Positions 60,565 through 64,000 of a stretch of 64,000 nt of DNA are shown in pieces; within the stretch, counting starts at the first letter, position 1; each line of letters opens with the position of its first letter. This DNA comes from the human T2T-CHM13v2.0 reference genome, Homo sapiens. Position numbers and translations under genes: made by a program. Below the pieces are notes generated by a model. The model saw only the letters and a program-made list of their open reading frames with translations, made no database searches and was not told the DNA's origin. The stretch lies in assembly GCF_009914755.1 (NCBI RefSeq), contig NC_060931.1. One strand, given 5' to 3'.

Positions 60565-60817
60565 ATAAGCCTGGCTGCTTTTTCCCCAGAACCTGGGGCC
60601 TGGCACAAGACACTAAGACACTCCAGTCAGTATTATTAAAATCTGTCACAGAAAAAATGCCTTGGCTGCCATGTGCTGTGAGGGTGGACTTGGATGGTCA
60701 GGGTTTTCACTTGGTATTCAAAATGTGAGGCACTAGGGTCACCTTGTTAATGTTCACATGGTTAGTGATCCTGTGTTATTTTAAAACTTGTAGTTACTAT
60801 TCAAGAATCAATTCTGA

Positions 60818-61015
<198 letters not shown>

Positions 61016-61211
61016 TAAAAAAGTAAAATTCATGTGCAAGTGTGACCCACAAAATCTGCTGTTACAAATTTGAGATATTAAAGAACAGATTTCATATATG
61101 CAATGGAAACTTGCTGTATAGCATTTTTATGTTATAAGAAGGTGAGAGAATATAAAGGTGCCCCAAACATGGCCCTACCCTCAAACATTTATGAAGGGGC
61201 TGGAAAAATAG

Positions 61212-61514
<303 letters not shown>

Positions 61515-62803
61515 TGAAGAAAAAGAAAAACTGTTTATATTTTCTCTCCCTGAGTTTAATTGATTTATTTATTTGGTAATGAAAGGAGTTTTAGATATTC
61601 AGAATACTAGACATTTTTTTTTTTGTTGGACCAGTAATTTTTTCAAGGAACCATTGTTCTTTATAGTATGAAATAGATTGGGAGACCATAATTATGTGTT
61701 GGGAGGCAATCTGTTTTTGTCTCTATTTTTCTTATTATGTATTTTATTAGTAAACTTTTTTTGTGCTTACTGTATTGACTACATTTTACAGGTGTTTTTA
61801 TTTGAGTTTTCAAGGCATTTGTCTCTTTAGCTTGAATTGTAGCATTTTAATGCTTCTCAGTATGGATTTTCTTGCCTTACACATGTTCTTGGTTTGCTTT
61901 GACTCAAAAGTGTCATGGCAGGGACTTACCATAAAAGTTGTATCATATTTTCAGAAATTCCTCTAAGATTCTGGCATAAGATTTCATGTCTAAATTCTTA
62001 GGTTCTTAGGTTTAGTGTCAGGTCAAGAATGATGCAGATCCCCAGGCTCCCTACCTATGTTTTAACAGATATTTTAAAGAGGAATTGAGGAAGTGGAGTA
62101 GTTCTAGACCCCATGAATTTAGTTCAAACTAATTATATTGCTAGAACAACCATGAGCCATCTGGGTTAGCATCATTTTTTTTCACAGATAGTAAATTGAG
62201 GCTGTCAGGGGAAATACTATGACCAAGACCACATAGGTAATTGATGACAGAACAAATACTGCATGTGACTACATGGATGTGAAAAATAATACAAGTTTCA
62301 GGTCCATGTGTTTTTACATTGATATTTTGATTACTATTAAATTGGGAATAAGCAAAATTTGCCTTTCTCTTTAGAGTGGTCATTTTGCCATTGAAGCTGA
62401 GCTTCAGTAGACATTTTGTAATTTGGCGGAAAGATAGTCCATAAATATGATGTGTAAAAGAAAGTGCTTAATGGAATTGAGATTCAAAAAGCCTAGGAAC
62501 ACTGAGGAGATGGGGGAAGCAGAAAGTCAGGGCAGATAAAGACGTTTGGGTGGATGAATTCACTCTCAGTTTGGCTGCGAGTCCCACTACTCATTCTCCA
62601 GCATGACGTGTCTTTATGCATGTGGGGGTGGGTTGGGGGAGGGATAACAGAAAAAGTGGTAAAAGCAGGACTGAGCCAAAGGACAATTAACACAGCCACC
62701 ATAATAATGAGTGCTACAACGTGGTGAACTCTCGTGGCAGGCAGTGTGCTACATGCCTTCTTTAGTTATCTCAGCAACTCCATTTTACTATTAGAATTCC
62801 ATT

Positions 62804-63116
<313 letters not shown>

Positions 63117-64000
63117 TTAAGATTAGAAATCCCATTTAATATTAGAAAACTAGGGGAACTAGTTTTCAAGCCCAGATCTCTAACATCATAGAGGTCATCT
63201 CTTTTTTTATGCCATTTTCCTTACTTATAGATAGACATTTCCTTTTTAAGTGATCCAGGAAATGAAAGAATTGGACTGTTACTGCTGCCTAGTGGTGTGA
63301 GATGTGAGAGGGAGTGTTTAGACAGGGAATTGAACACTATTACCTGAGTTCAGTATACATGTCAAAATCTGTCACATTTAAGTGAATGAAAGGATATAGT
63401 ATGGACATGTAATAAAACATTTTTGTACTTTGAATGGCTAAGTTTGAATGTACCTATGATATTGGATACTATTGGGAGTGAAATTTAACAAGAGATGCAA
63501 AGGGAAAAGCTCAGTAGTCTTCTAGAATAATCCTCTTCTCTCCCCCACTCTATTCCATTGGAGACAAACCTAGGTTGTAGAGAAGGGTACATTTTATTCT
63601 GGGCTTCACTGTTTATACAGGTAAAATTGGGATAGCATAAACAACAAAGATGTGGGGTAGAAGCGAAGTAACAAAATAAAACGTGGGGTAGTAAAATGAG
63701 GGAGATGTGGGAGAGAGACAGTCTCTTCCCTTCTTTATCTTGTGAATAGGGTGAAATTTAGGTCATTTCTTAGGTGGATATGTCTGATTGTCTTAGGGGT
63801 TTGTCATAATTGGTGTTGCTTGCTTGATTGGTTTTTAATGCCAGAGTGCCAGGCAAGGATTGGATGATGCAGTTAACCTGATGGCAGGGAGGGGGCCAAG
63901 CCCTAGGGAACCAACCAGTCGTGTGTTTTTGAAATCAACATTGGAAAAGAAGTACTCAGATGCCAGGAACTGATTAAGAACTCTATTTAGAGCCCAGAAC

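Overview
Human (or great-ape) genomic DNA that I recognise as the 7q34 TAS2R38-MGAM locus. It holds the complete single-exon bitter taste receptor gene TAS2R38 (minus strand, 6421-7422), with the AVI non-taster haplotype. About 22 kb away and divergent from it is the 5' part of maltase-glucoamylase MGAM (plus strand): non-coding exon 1 at about 29615-29666 and coding exons 2-10 at 39265-61469. These splice in frame to 407 codons: cytoplasmic tail, signal anchor, PDPGTTGT stalk, trefoil domain and the start of the N-terminal GH31 subunit. The rest is mostly transposon-derived: a full-length ~6.03 kb L1PA2/3-type LINE-1 with TSD, older L1 fragments, many Alus, MaLR/ERV1 solo LTRs, a full-length HSMAR2 mariner, MER5/MER58, MIR and microsatellites. 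There are no CRISPR arrays or rRNA/tRNA genes, and I cannot demonstrate a new biological system. The best testable hypotheses are: (1) a splice-dependent upstream ATG that opens a 72-codon out-of-frame ORF overlapping the MGAM start; (2) an L1 antisense promoter/ORF0 unit aimed at MGAM, whose first donor is in frame with the MGAM ATG, plus two well-formed orphan exons in between; (3) a shared octamer 12-mer upstream of both genes; (4) two CTCF motifs and a unique-looking 45-bp duplication upstream of TAS2R38. Repeat subfamily names come from recalled consensus sequences, not a RepeatMasker run, and repeat boundaries without a stated TSD are approximate.
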